Shown piece by piece: positions 13,565 to 26,022 of a DNA stretch of 64,000 nucleotides; within the stretch, counting starts at the first letter, position 1; every line of letters starts with the position of its first letter. The DNA lies in NCBI GenBank assembly GCA_950097015.1, contig CATNEN010000008.1, positions 3,534,001-3,598,000 of the forward strand, in the 5' to 3' direction. Origin of the DNA: Macrostomum hystrix (lineage: Eukaryota > Animalia > Platyhelminthes). A program made the translations under genes and the position numbers. Under the pieces are notes generated by a model. That model ran no database searches, was not told the DNA's origin, and worked only from the letters and a program-made list of their open reading frames with translations.

Positions 13565-14450
13565 TATGCTGCCTGATGTGAGTCTGAATACCTGCCTGAT
13601 GTGAGTCTGAATACATGCCTGATGTGAGTCTGAATACCTGCCTGATGTGAGTCTGAATACCTGCCTGATGTGAGTCTGAATACCTGCCTGATGTGAGTCT
13701 GAATACCTGCCTGATGTGAGTCTGAATACCTAGCTGATGTGAGTCTGAATACCTGAACTGGGACTGAATATTATTCTGAACTGGGACTGAATATCAGACT
13801 GAACTGGGACTGAATATCAGGCTGAACTGGGACTGAATATCAGAGTATACTGGGACTGAATATCAGACTGAACTGGGGCTGAATATCAGACTGAACTGGG
13901 ACTGAATATCAGACTGAACTGGGACTGAATATCAGACTGAACTGGGACTGAATATCAGACTGAACTGGGGCTGAATATCAGACTGAACTGGGACTGAATA
14001 TCAGACTGAACTGGGACTGAATATCAGACTGAACTGGGACTGAATATCAGGCTGAACTGGGACTGAATATCAGGCTGAACTGGGACTGAATATCAGGCTG
14101 AACTGGGCTGAATATCAGACTGAACTGGGACTGAATATCAGGCTGAACTGGGACTGAATATCAGGCTGAACTGGGCTGAATATCAGACTGAACTGGGACT
14201 GAATATCAGACTGAACTGGGGCTGAATATCAGACTGAACTGGGACTGAATATCAGACTGAACTGGGACTGAATATCAGACTGAACTGGGACTGAATATCA
14301 GGCTGAACTGGGACTGAATATCAGACTGAACTGGGACTGAATATCAGACTGAATATCAGACTGAACTGGGACTGAATATCAGACTGAACTGGGTCTGAAT
14401 ATCAGACTGAACTGGGTCTGAATATCAGACTGAACTGGGGCTGAATGCAC
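13565..14450. repeat. Bipartite 23-bp minisatellite
   Basis: CCTGATGTGAGTCTGAATACCTG (about 8 copies) switches to TGAACTGGGACTGAATATCAGAC (about 30 copies). Confidence 0.9.
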
Positions 14451-14974
14451 CAGACAGAATCGGCCGCCTAAGCATCTCAAATCATTCAAACAAACAACTT
14501 TTAATGATTGTCGATATATTCAGACTAGGTCCATAGATACGGATAGCAACAGTCTAAGCTAATTAAAGTGGCTTGAATGAATTGCTAATGAAAAAGCAGA
14601 GGTTGAATTTGAGAAGAGGAATGCATTTGATTCTCGCTTTTCTCATGCTGTTTAGTGCTAGCTGAGTTGTTTACTACGTAAGGAAGTCGCATTGTATCTT
14701 GCGCATTTGCGCAAGCAGCGACCGTCTGTCTACTGGCTAGTTTCAAAATGGAATTTCATTCATTCATTCTGAATACTCTAAATTCCTTAACTCGTATACT
14801 CGTATACAGTGTCCAATGCATGCTGCAGGCTTTACTTTTTGTTTAACTACTTCGGTAACTGCGTCACAGACTTTTGTCTAATCTAAATTTGTTGACTCCG
14901 CGTCTGATTGAGTGCAGTGTTGCAGTTTTGCTGGCCAAATTTGGAACACTACGGACTCGCGAATCACTAGCTTG

Positions 14975-15350
14975 CAGGGGACTGAGGGGAGAGTAGGGAC
15001 TGAGGGGAGAGTAGGGACTGAGGGGAGAGTAGGGACTGAGGAGAGAGTAGGGACTGAGGGGAGAGTAGGGACTGAGGGGAGAGTAGGGACTGAGGGGAGA
15101 GTAGGGACTGAGGGGAGAGTAGGGACTGAGGGGAGAGTAGACTGAGGGGAGAGTAGGGACTGAGGGGAGAGTAGACTGAGGGGAGAGTAGGGACTGAGGG
15201 GAGAGTAGACTGAGGGGAGAGTAGGGACTGAGGGGAGAGTAGACTGAGGGGAGAGTAGGGACTGAGGGGAGAGTAGACTGAGGGGAGAGTAGGGACTGAG
15301 GGGAGAGTAGGGACTGAGGGGAGAGTAGGCTGAGTGGAGAGTAGACTGAG
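14975..15350. repeat. 18-bp G-rich minisatellite (AGGGACTGAGGGGAGAGT)
   Basis: About 20 tandem copies with 16-bp deletion variants. Confidence 0.95.
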
Positions 15351-15369
15351 GCGAGGGACAGGGAGGGGA

Positions 15370-16312
15370 GAGATGGCAGTGAGTAGATACTGATGGCAGT
15401 GAGTAGAGACTGATGGCAGTGAGTAGATACTGATGGCAGTGAGTAGATTCTGATGGCAGTGAGTAAATTCTGATGGCAGTGAGTAGATACTGATGGCAGT
15501 GAGTAGATTCTGATCGCAGTGAGTAGATGCTGATGGCAGTGAGTAGAGACTGATGGCAGTGAGTAGATTCTGATCGCAGTGAGTAGAGACTGATGGCAGT
15601 GAGTAGATACTGATGGCAGTGAGTAGATTCTGATGGCAGTGAGTAGATACTGATGGCAGTGAGTAGAGACTTGATGGCAGTGAGTAGATACTGATGGCAG
15701 TGAGTAGATACTGATGGCAGTGAGTAGATACTGATGGCAGTGAGTAGAGACTTGATGGCAGTGAGTAGATACTGATGGCAGTGAGTAGATACTGATGGCA
15801 GTGAGTAGATACTGATGGCAGTGAGTAGAGACTGATGGCAGTGAGTAGATACTGATGGCAGTGAGTAGATACTTGATGGCAGTGAGTAGATACTGATGGC
15901 AGTGAGTAGATACTGATGGCAGTGAGTAGATACTGATGGCAGTGAGTAGATACTGATGGCAGTGAGTAGATACTGATGGCAGTGAGTAGATACTGATGGC
16001 AGTGAGTAGAGACTGATGGCAGTGAGTAGATACTGATGGCAGTGAGTAGATACTTGATGGCAGTGAGTAGATACTGATGGCAGTGAGTAGATACTGATGG
16101 CAGTGAGTAGATACTGATGGCAGTGAGTAGAGACTGATGGCAGTGAGTAGATACTGATGGCAGTGAGTAGATTCTGATGGCAGTGAGTAGATACTGATGG
16201 CAGTGAGTAGATACTGATGGCAGTGAGTAGATACTGATGGCAGTGAGTAGATACTTGATGGCAGTGAGTAGAGACTGATGGCAGTGAGTAGATACTGATG
16301 GCAGTGAGTAGA
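15370..16312. repeat. 20-bp minisatellite (GAGTAGATACTGATGGCAGT)
   Basis: About 46 tandem copies. Confidence 0.95.
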
Positions 16313-17147
16313 GGAGCAGTTAAGAGTAGAAAATCAAAGTTTTCAAAGTTATTTAGCGCACGGAACCAAAGTGACAATGCAGTTTTAAAAAGTGCCCAGT
16401 GACAGTCTAATTTGCGTGCTCATTCTGTCTCTGCCAGCTCTGCTCCCTCGGAGTTGCTCACCGTGATGCAACCAGTGCGCCGACTGGGGGGTGCGGTCGG
16501 GCCCGCCCACGCAGTTGAAGCGAATGCGCTGCTAAATTGACTCGCTCATTCAAGCCGAATTTCACAGCTCTCTTCACTAGATGGTCTCGCGGGCTTAGAG
16601 TTTGCTCTGTGGTTACACAGAAGGTCAACCGAGGGCACTCTTTGTACGCAGTCGCCGCCCCCACTGCTCTCTGTGCTCACTAACTAATACCCTCCCGCTG
16701 TCACTAGCCCGTCATTTATCACGCCACCCATAAGATAGACTCCTCTCACTCCTCTTCTCTTCTTTATTTTCTTCTCTTCATCTCAATTAGCTGCCTCGCA
16801 CGAGCAGAAATGAACGGAGGCCTCTCTGTCGTCATGGCAGAGACCGACGCCAAACTAGCCAATCAGCGACGAGCTTCGCTACTAACTGCCGAGCTACTGT
16901 GGAATAGCCCCACCCTCATTCTCTATCCCTCTGTGCCTCCATTTGTCTCTCTATAAGTATGAGTCGCTACGTCAAGGCAACGTCTGTGCAAGGCCTAAAT
17001 GCTCCAGAACCAAATACCTGAACGAGAAGTTCTATATTTAGAAGGCCCTCTTTCTAAAATACACCCATATTAGAAATATTTGCACGCACTGTTGTCCTTT
17101 CGTGATTTGGATTTTTAAATAAATTTCGTTTGTTTTGTCGAGTTGGC

Positions 17148-17358
17148 ATGTCCAGTAAGTTAAGCAATGAACTCAAATTTGTGGTTATTTCGTCACCTGC
17201 TCAGAAGCTAATAAAACTCGATTAAAATAAATAAATTTTCAGCTCTTCCATTCGCTACTAAATGGGCCGTGGCGGTGTTCTGTCTGCTCGTTGTTGTCCT
17301 ATTTCTGACCTCGAGCGGATACGAATCGCATCAACAGCAAATTCAACAGAGCAGCGTC

Positions 17359-17394
<36 letters not shown>

Positions 17395-20300
17395 CAGTTC
17401 AGCCCGTGCTGCTCCTCACCCTGCAAGCACGGCGGCTTGTGCATGGAGCGGGTCGGCAGCTTCGAGTGTGACTGCTCAAACACGGGCTACTACGGCCGGC
17501 TGTGCCAGAGGTCTCACTGGACCACTTGGCTCGCCAACCTGGTCAGGCCCGACACCGAGACAACTCACTACCTGGTGACTCACTATCAACCGTTCTGGTC
17601 TGTGGTGAATCGCCTGACCTTCCTGAGGCGACTGGTGATGCGGCTGGTGCTGAAAGTGCGCCTCGGCGTGGTGTCAATGCCGCCGTCGTTTAGGGCCGGA
17701 GTCGGGTACACAACGGTTGACGCACTGAGCAACATGTCCTACTACAGCCAGACCCTGCCACCTGTGCCAGCCAACTGTCCCACACCAATGGGTGTCACGG
17801 GTGAGTGCGATCGGCGCGCTGGGCTGGATTGCCTGTTTCTTTCAGGTAGATTTTAATAGTTTGTCATTTCTCCTGGTAGATTTTGGGTGGCTTGTCATTT
17901 TCTCCTTGTAGATTTTGGGTGGCTTGTCATTTTCTCCTGGTAGATTTTGGGTGGCTTGTCATTTTCTCCTGGTAGATTTTGGGTGGCTTGTCATTTTCTC
18001 CTGGTAGATTTTGGGTGGCTTGTCATTTTCTCCTTGTAGATTTTGGGTGGCTTGTCATTTTCTTCTGGTAGATTTTGGGTGGCTTGTCATTTTCTCCTGG
18101 TAGATTTTGGGTGGCTTGTCATTTTCTCCTGGTAGATTTTGGGTGGCTTGTCATTTTCTCCTTGTAGATTTTGGGTGGCTTGTCATTTTCTTCTGGTAGA
18201 TTTTGGGTGGCTTGTCATTTTCTCCTGGTAGATTTTGGGTAACTTGTCATTTTCTCCTGGTAGATTTTGGGTGGCTTGTCATTTTCTCCTTGTAGATTTT
18301 GGGTGGCTTGTCATTTTCTCCTTGTAGATTTTGGGTGGCTTGTCATTTTCTCCTGGTAGATTTTGGGTGGCTTGTCATTTTCTCCTGGTAGATTTTGGGT
18401 GGCTTGTCATTTTCTTCTGGTAGATTTTGGGTGGCTTGTCATTTTCTCCTGGTAGATTTTGGGTGGCTTGTCATTTTCTCCTGGTAGATTTTGGGTGGCT
18501 TGTCATTTTCTCCTGGTAGATTTTGGGTGGCTTGTCATTTTCTTCTGGTAGATTTTGGGTGGCTTGTCATTTTCTTCTGGTAGATTTTGGGTGGCTTGTC
18601 ATTTTCTCCTGGTAGATTTTGGGTGGCTTGTCATTTTCTCCTTGTAGATTTTGGGTGGCTTGTCATTTTCTCCTTGTAGATTTTGGGTGGCTTGTCATTT
18701 TCTCCTGGTAGATTTTGGGTGGCTTGTCATTTTCTCCTGGTAGATTTTTTTAGCTTTTCTGGTATTTTTGTTTCAGTCGAAAAATATCAAAAATGTTTAG
18801 AATAAGTTTTAAAAATCAAACAACCAACAGTAATTAAATGTACAACTATTTCGGGTTTAATCCTGCATTGATGCTCCATTATTTATTGACACTGAAATAA
18901 GAGAGTCAAGAGAAACCAGTTCTGTGTATCTGTGTATCTGTGTCTGGGCCTGTGTATTATAACCCTAGCCTTTGGCACGCGAAGTAGAAACTTTCTGCAG
19001 CACAGAAACGCTTTTATCTGTTAGTGTTTATCGACACCCCACTGTTTAAGCTGTTTACGATCTCTGAAGAGAAGAGAAAGCCACGTCTGCACATTTGGCA
19101 TTGTGCCGTCCCCCTGGCTTCTCATCAAAAGGGTTTTATTATTTAGCAAAACTCAGTGAAAATCGTTGCCAGGCCCGAAGGAGCTGCCAACAGTCGGCGA
19201 GGTGGTTGGCATCCTGTTCAAGCGGCAGCCGGGAAAAGCTTTCAAGCCGAGCGACATTGGCACCAACATGCTGTTCAGCTCGTTTGCCCAGCACTTCTCC
19301 CACATGTTCTTCAAGTCTGATCCCAGGCAACACCCAAGCTACACCTGGGGTGATCACAATGTGAGCCTCGTTTTTGTGTAGATTATTTGACTGAACTGTC
19401 TTAAGAATGCTCTGAGGAACGGGGAGTGAGGTGGGTGTTTGGAGGAACAGGGAGTGAGGTGGGTGTTTGGAGTAACGGAGAGTGAGGTGGGTGCTTAGAG
19501 TAACGGAGAGTGAGGTGGGTGTTTGAAGTAACGGGGAGTGAGGTGGTTGTTTAGAGGGACGCGGAGTGAGGTGGGTGTTTGGAGGATCGGAGAGTGAGGT
19601 GGGTGTTCGGAGGAACGGGGAGTGAGGTTGGTGTTTGGAGTATAATGAATTGAGGTGGGTGTTTTGTAGGAAAAGGGGTGTGAGGTAGGCTTTTTTCGAC
19701 ACATGGCGAGCCTCGGCATGTCTCTGGAGTGCGGAGAACAGAATGATTGAAGCCTCGGATCTACTATGCTTCAGATCTACGTGAGCCACCTGTACGGCAA
19801 GAACGCGGAGGTGGAGAATCGCCTGCGACAGTTCAAAAACGGCCGTCTGCGCTCTCAGCTGGTGCGCGGCGAGGAGTACCCGCCGTTCCTCAGCCAGCAG
19901 CTGCAGCTGCCGGATCCGGCGCCGAACCCCCGCAATGTCAGCCGGCAGTTCGCAGTGGGCCACCAGATCGCCAACCTGCTGCCCACAGGAGCCCTGTGGC
20001 AGACCATCTACCTGCGCGAGCACAACCGCGTGGCCGGCCTGCTGGCGCGTCTGCATCCCGACTGGGACGACGAACGAATCTTCCAGACCACGAAGCTGGT
20101 CCTGATCGGCAAGACGCTGAAGATAGTGGTGGAGGAGTACGTGCAGCACCTCAGCAACTACAACTTCAAGCTGCTGTTCGACCCGACTGTGATGCACGGC
20201 GAGTCCATGCAGTACCAGAACCGCATCGCGATCGAGTTCAACTTGCTCTATCACTGGCACCCGCTGATGGCGGATGACTACAGGGTGGCTGGCGCGACCT

Positions 20301-22013
20301 ACCGCCTGAAGGACGTGATGTTCAATGGCACCAGGCTGCTGGACCACTCCAGCAGAGACTATGTCGAAGGTCTAGTGAACAGTATTGGCGGCTCCTTCAC
20401 AGCCAACAATCATCCGGAGCCAACCCTGGTGGCCGCGAGGGCCGCTGTACAGATCGGTCGCACCCTTCGGCTGCAGTCGTTGAACGCCTACAGGAAGCGA
20501 TTCCGGCTGAAGCCGTACAAGACTTTCCAGGAATTAGCTGGTGAGCTTTGAAGCGCATGAGAACTTATCCTCTGGGTTTCTAGGATGAGCGGCAACCCTC
20601 GATGATTAGGGGCAACCCTCAAGAATGGCGGCGACCCTCTAGGATGAGCGGCAACCCTCTAGGATGAGCGGCAACCCTCTAGGATGAGCGGCAACCCTCA
20701 TGGATTAGGGAGGGGCAACCCTCAAGGGTGAGGGCAACCCTCAAGGATTAGTGGCAACCCTCTTGGATGAGGGGCAACCCTCTAGGATGAGCGGCAACCC
20801 TCATGGGTTAGGGAGGGGCAACCCTCATGGATTAGGGGCAACCCTCAATGATTAGGGGCAACCCTCAATGATTAGGGGCAACCCTCAATGATTAGGGGCA
20901 ACCCTCTAGGATGAGCGGCAACCCTCTAGGATGAGCGGCAACCCTCTAGGATGAGCGGCAACCCTCTAGGATGAGCGGCAACCCTCATGGGTTAGGGAGG
21001 GGCAACCCTCATGGGTTAGGGAGGGGCAACCCTCATGGATTAGGGGCAACCCTCAAGGATGAGGGGCAACCATCAAGGATTAGTGGCAACCCTCTAGGAT
21101 GAGCGGCAACCCTCTAGGATGAGCGGCAACCCTCTAGGATGAGCGGCAACCCTCATGGGTTAGGGGCAACCCTCAAGGATGAGGGGCAACCATCAAGGAT
21201 TAGTGGCAACCCTCTAGGATGAGCGGCAACCCTCATGGGTTAGGGAGAGACAACCCTCAAAGATGAGGGGCAACCCTCAAGGATTAGGGGCAACCCTCTA
21301 GGATGAGGGGCAACCCTCAAGGATGAGCGGCAACCCTTAAGGATTAGGGGCAACCCTCTAGGATGAGGGGTAACCCTCAAGGATGAGCGGCAACCCTCAT
21401 GGATTAGGGGCAACCCTCTAGGATGAGGGGCAACCCTCTAGGATGAGCGGCAGTCCTGAGCTGGACCATAAGTGTCTCGAATCACCAATCAACGAATCCC
21501 AACTCGTTAGGTGGCGACGAAGACCTGGCGTGCGCTCTGCGCTCCCTCTACAAAGACGTGGACGCTGTGGAGTTCTACCCGGGTCTCGTGGTCGAGCGGC
21601 ACCGGCCAAACGCCATGTTCGGCTCCTCAATGATTGAGATCGGAAGCCCTTACTCTCTGCAGGGCATCTTCGGCAACGCCCTGGCCAGTCCTCAGCTGTG
21701 GAGGCCGGCAACTTTTGGCGGCTCCGAGGGCTTCCGCATGGTGACGGAGGCCACCCTGCGGGATCTGGTGTGCGACAACCTGCCCAGACCGTGTCCCATT
21801 GTGCAATTCTCGGTTCCAACACCAGCTCAGGTCATGGAGCATCAGCAAATGCTGAGAGTTAATCTGTCTGCGGCGGCGGCAGCTGCTGCGGCGGCAGCTT
21901 CTGCAGCCGGTGCGGAGCCAACTGCCCCAGCCGACAGGGGTTCTGCGTCTTCCATTGCGTCATCATCGTCGTCGACCGGAACGAGATTTCACGAGCGCAG
22001 CGATGAACTCTAA
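17148..22013 (+). CDS. PTGS: Cyclooxygenase / prostaglandin G/H synthase, 5 coding exons, about 673 aa
   Basis: Exons 17148-17154 (ATGTCCA|gtaagt), 17243-17800, 19173-19360, 19775-20540, 21511-22013, phase-consistent. Signal peptide, EGF domain (PCCSSPCKHGGLC), membrane-binding helices, AQHFSHMFFK, REHNRV, EEYVQHLSNY, EFNLLYHWH, GSPYSL and C-terminal ERSDEL ER-retention signal. Confidence 0.95.
17840..18750. repeat. 32-bp minisatellite in COX intron 2
   Basis: Unit GGTAGATTTTGGGTGGCTTGTCATTTTCTCCT, about 28 copies. Confidence 0.95.
19410..19690. repeat. 28-bp minisatellite in COX intron 3
   Basis: Unit GAGTGAGGTGGGTGTTTGGAGGAACGGG, about 9 degenerate copies. Confidence 0.9.
20580..21455. 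repeat. About 20-bp minisatellite in COX intron 4 (GGCAACCCTCTAGGATGAGC and variants)
   Basis: About 40 copies, nearly all containing GGCAACCCTC. Confidence 0.95.
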
Positions 22014-23389
22014 TCGGAGAGTTTGCACTTTTGTTCCAGATGTTTTGCTTTTGTCTTTGTGCCTTTCTACTCTATCAAACGTTCGGGGGACGAGAGAACG
22101 AGATAAAAATGATGCCCGTCAAAATTAAACCAGAAATGTTTAATTGAGGTGGTTGCCACAGTTAGGGTTATAAAAGCGAAGGAAAGTCAGAACCCTGATT
22201 GAATTTATGCGAGACAATGTACATTCAATCCCTATGTACATTTCCGGCGTGAGGCGGGTGTCAGAATGTGGTAGAAAACTAAAAACAGCGCTAGATCAGT
22301 TATAGACAATGTACATCCTATTTATGTACATTGCCTCTCCTTTTTCTAATTGAAGAAACGAGTGCGCGTAGGGAGCCTGCACGAGTGCACATTTTGGCAT
22401 GCAACCAGGATGAAACGATATTCGAATTCCTTTGTTCTTGTCTCACAATATGTTCCAGCATTTTTCACTTCTGCCTCGATGTGATGATTGCCAATCGCCG
22501 AGTCACGAATAAAGGAATCCATTGTGCTACAGATTATTGCTTTTCCTAAACTTGACCCTGCAACTAACATATAATTTTCCAATGACCTAGTAATTTTTAA
22601 CACGGGAGTTTTGCTGTGCTTTGCTAGCATTTTGTGGAGGCCAACGGACTATGAAATCATGTCATTTTTGTCACTTCAGAAATCAGCTTGCCTTCCTAAT
22701 AAATAGTTCGGGCTTGTAGGACAGCCCATTATCTTCAATTCAATCACCCGAGTGTAAATTTGGCACCTCAACATGATTCAAATGAGAAAAATATGTATTT
22801 ATTCGATCACCTGTCCCAGCTTTAGCCCCAGGCAGAAGGCTTTTCTGCTTTTTTACTTTCGATATTTTCGACATTTGATGCCAAAAACGGATGACTCTTG
22901 CTTGACACTGCACCATGTACAGGACTCAGTGTTTTTAGTTAATATATAAATAAATAGAATTCGCATGCACCCAACGTGTTGCAAAACACTCGAAGTCGCG
23001 ACAAGAACACGCGGATTTTGCAGCAATTTTCATTTAGAAATCTCAAAAGCGCTCTTGAAAGTAAAAAAATCTGCGACTTTTTAATTGACCTTTAAATTAG
23101 CAAAAAATGAACCAGAGACCCGTGTACTACGCGTCTAGCCAGACAATATATAGACTTATACCTGCTGCATAATTAGCATATGTTAATTAGCCGTCTAAAA
23201 AAGTGCGCCAAATGATAAGCAAGCGGCCAGACTGCGGGTAACGACACAGTTAAAGCTTTTGGCGTGCTAAATGTGCGCGTGCAGTATAGCTTGAAAGCTT
23301 GCGAAATGTGCCCTTAGTTACTATAGACGAGGGCTATGTAAGCCTGCATTTTCAACTGCTCTCTCTTGCTTCACTGCCACTCTCGCCTA

Positions 23390-25820
23390 ATCTAGGGAAC
23401 TGGGAAATAGCATCTGGGTATTAGGAAATGGGATCCGGATATAACGAACTTGGGATCTAAATATATGGAAATGGGATCTAGATAAAAGGAAATGGGATTT
23501 GGATATAAGGATGGGATCTCGATATTGGGAACTGGGATTTAGATGTTGGGAACAGGGATCTAGATATTGGGAACTGGGATTTAGATATTGGGAACTGTGA
23601 TCTAGATATTGGGAACTGGGATCTAGATATGGGGAACTGGGATCTAGATGTTGGGAACTGGGATCTAGATATTGGGAACTGGGGTCTAGATGTTGGGAAC
23701 TGGGGTCTAGATGTTGGGAACTGGGGTGTAAATAATGGTACAGATTGCACGCACAGACGATGAACTGTCTTAAGGTTGAGTATACAAACAAAAGTAAATG
23801 AAAAATACATATAAAATATAAACAATACTTACAACATATTCATCGATCACTAGTCTATATAACACAATAGAAAGTATATATTATTTTCACAATGAAATCA
23901 ATAATTAGAGAATCGGGATTCGAACTTGGTAAATGAGAATCTCAGACAGGTGTAATACTTTCCACTGATTGGCAGATAAAAAAGATAAGGTTATTATTGC
24001 ACTTGTCGCTGGCAATTAAATGAAGATAAGAAATTGCGGACACAAACAAACAATCATAATGGGATTGTGTTTGTGTACCGATATTGAGAACTGGGATTTA
24101 GATATTGGGAACTGGGATCTAGAAATTGGGAACTGGGATCTAGAAATTGGGAACTGGGATCTAGAAATGGGAACTGGGATTTGAGATATCGCGAACTGGG
24201 ATCTAGATATTGGAAATTGGGATTCAGATGTTGGGAACTGGGATCTAGATATTGGAAATTGGGATTCAGATGTTGGGAACTGGGATCTAGATATTGGGAA
24301 CTGGGATCTAGATATTGGAAATTGGGATTTAGATATTGGAAATTGGGATTTAGATATTGGAAATTGGGATTCAGATGTTGGGAACTGGGATCTAGATATC
24401 GGGAACTGGGATCTAGATATTGGAAATTGGGATTTAGATATTGGAAATTGGGATTTAGATATTGGAAATTGGGATTTAGATATTAGAAATTGGGATTTAG
24501 ATATTGGAAATTGGGATTTAGATATTGGAAATTGGGATTCAGATGTTGGGAACTGGGATCTAGATATTGGGAACTGGGATCTAGATATTGGAAATTGGGA
24601 TTTAGATATTGGAAATTGGGATTTAGATATTGGAAATTGGGATTCAGATGTTGGGAACTGGGATCTAGATATTGGGAACTGGGATCTAGATATTGGAAAT
24701 TGGGATTTAGATATTGGAAATTGGGATTTAGATATTGGAAATTGGGATTCAGATGTTGGGAACTGGGATCTAGATATCGGGAACTGGGATCTAGATATTG
24801 GAAATTGGGATTTAGATATTGGAAATTGGGATTTAGATATTGGAAATTGGGATTTAGATATTAGAAATTGGGATTTAGATATTGGAAATTGGGATTTAGA
24901 TATTGGAAATTGGGATTCAGATGTTGGGAACTGGGATCTAGATATTGGGAACTGGGATCTAGATATTGGAAATTGGGATTTAGATATTGGAAATTGGGAT
25001 TTAGATATTGGAAATTGGGATTTAGATATTGGAAATTGGGATTCAGATGTTGGGAACTGGGATCTAGATATCGGGAACTGGGATCTAGATATTGGAAATT
25101 GGGATTTAGATATTGGAAATTGGTATTTAGATATTAGAAATTGGGATTTAGATATTGGAAATTGGGATTTAGATATTGGAAATTGGGATTTAGATGTTGG
25201 GAACTGGGATCTAGATATTGGGAACTGGGATTTAGATATTGGAAATTGGGATTTAGATATTGGAAATTGGGATTTAGATATTGGAAATTGGGATTTAGAT
25301 ATTGGAAATTGGGATTTAGATATTGGAAATTGGGATTTAGATATTGGAAATTGGGATTTAGATATTGGAAATTGGGATTTAGATATTGGAAATTGGGATT
25401 TAGATATTGGGAACTGGGATCTGGATATTCGGAACTGAGATCTAGTAATTGGGAACTGGGATCTGGATATTGGGAACTGGAATCTAGATATTGGGAATTG
25501 GGATCTGGATATTGGGAACTGAGATCTAGTAATTGGGAACTGGGATCTGGATATTAGGAACTGGGATCTGGATATTGGGAAGTGGGATCTGGATATTGGG
25601 AACTGGGATCTAGATATTGGGAACTGGGATCTGGATATTGGGAACTGGGATCTAGATATTGGGAACTGGGATCTAGATATTGGGAACTGGGATCTAGATA
25701 TTGGGAACTGGGATCTGGATATTGGGAACTGGGATCTAGATATTGGGAACTGGGATCTGGATATTGGGAACTGGGATCTAGATATTGGGAACTGGGATCT
25801 GGATATTGGGAACTGGGATC
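23390..25820. repeat. 21-bp minisatellite (GGGATCTAGATATTGGGAACT) in two blocks, about 23390-23730 and about 24080-25820
   Basis: Same unit and orientation in both blocks, separated by about 350 bp of unique AT-rich DNA. Confidence 0.95.
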
Positions 25821-26022
25821 GTTACAAATCTAAAAATACAGGAAAGAGAATTTGACAAAAAATAAACAAAAAACAATAGAATCTCATAATTAAGTTCTCT
25901 AACATCAATAATCATTTTCTCAATCAAGATTAGTCACATGACAGATCATCAGTAAAGTTTTGACGAATCGAAACAACGAATTAAATTAGCATTAGTCAAA
26001 GCAAAATGCAACGCACAGAAGG

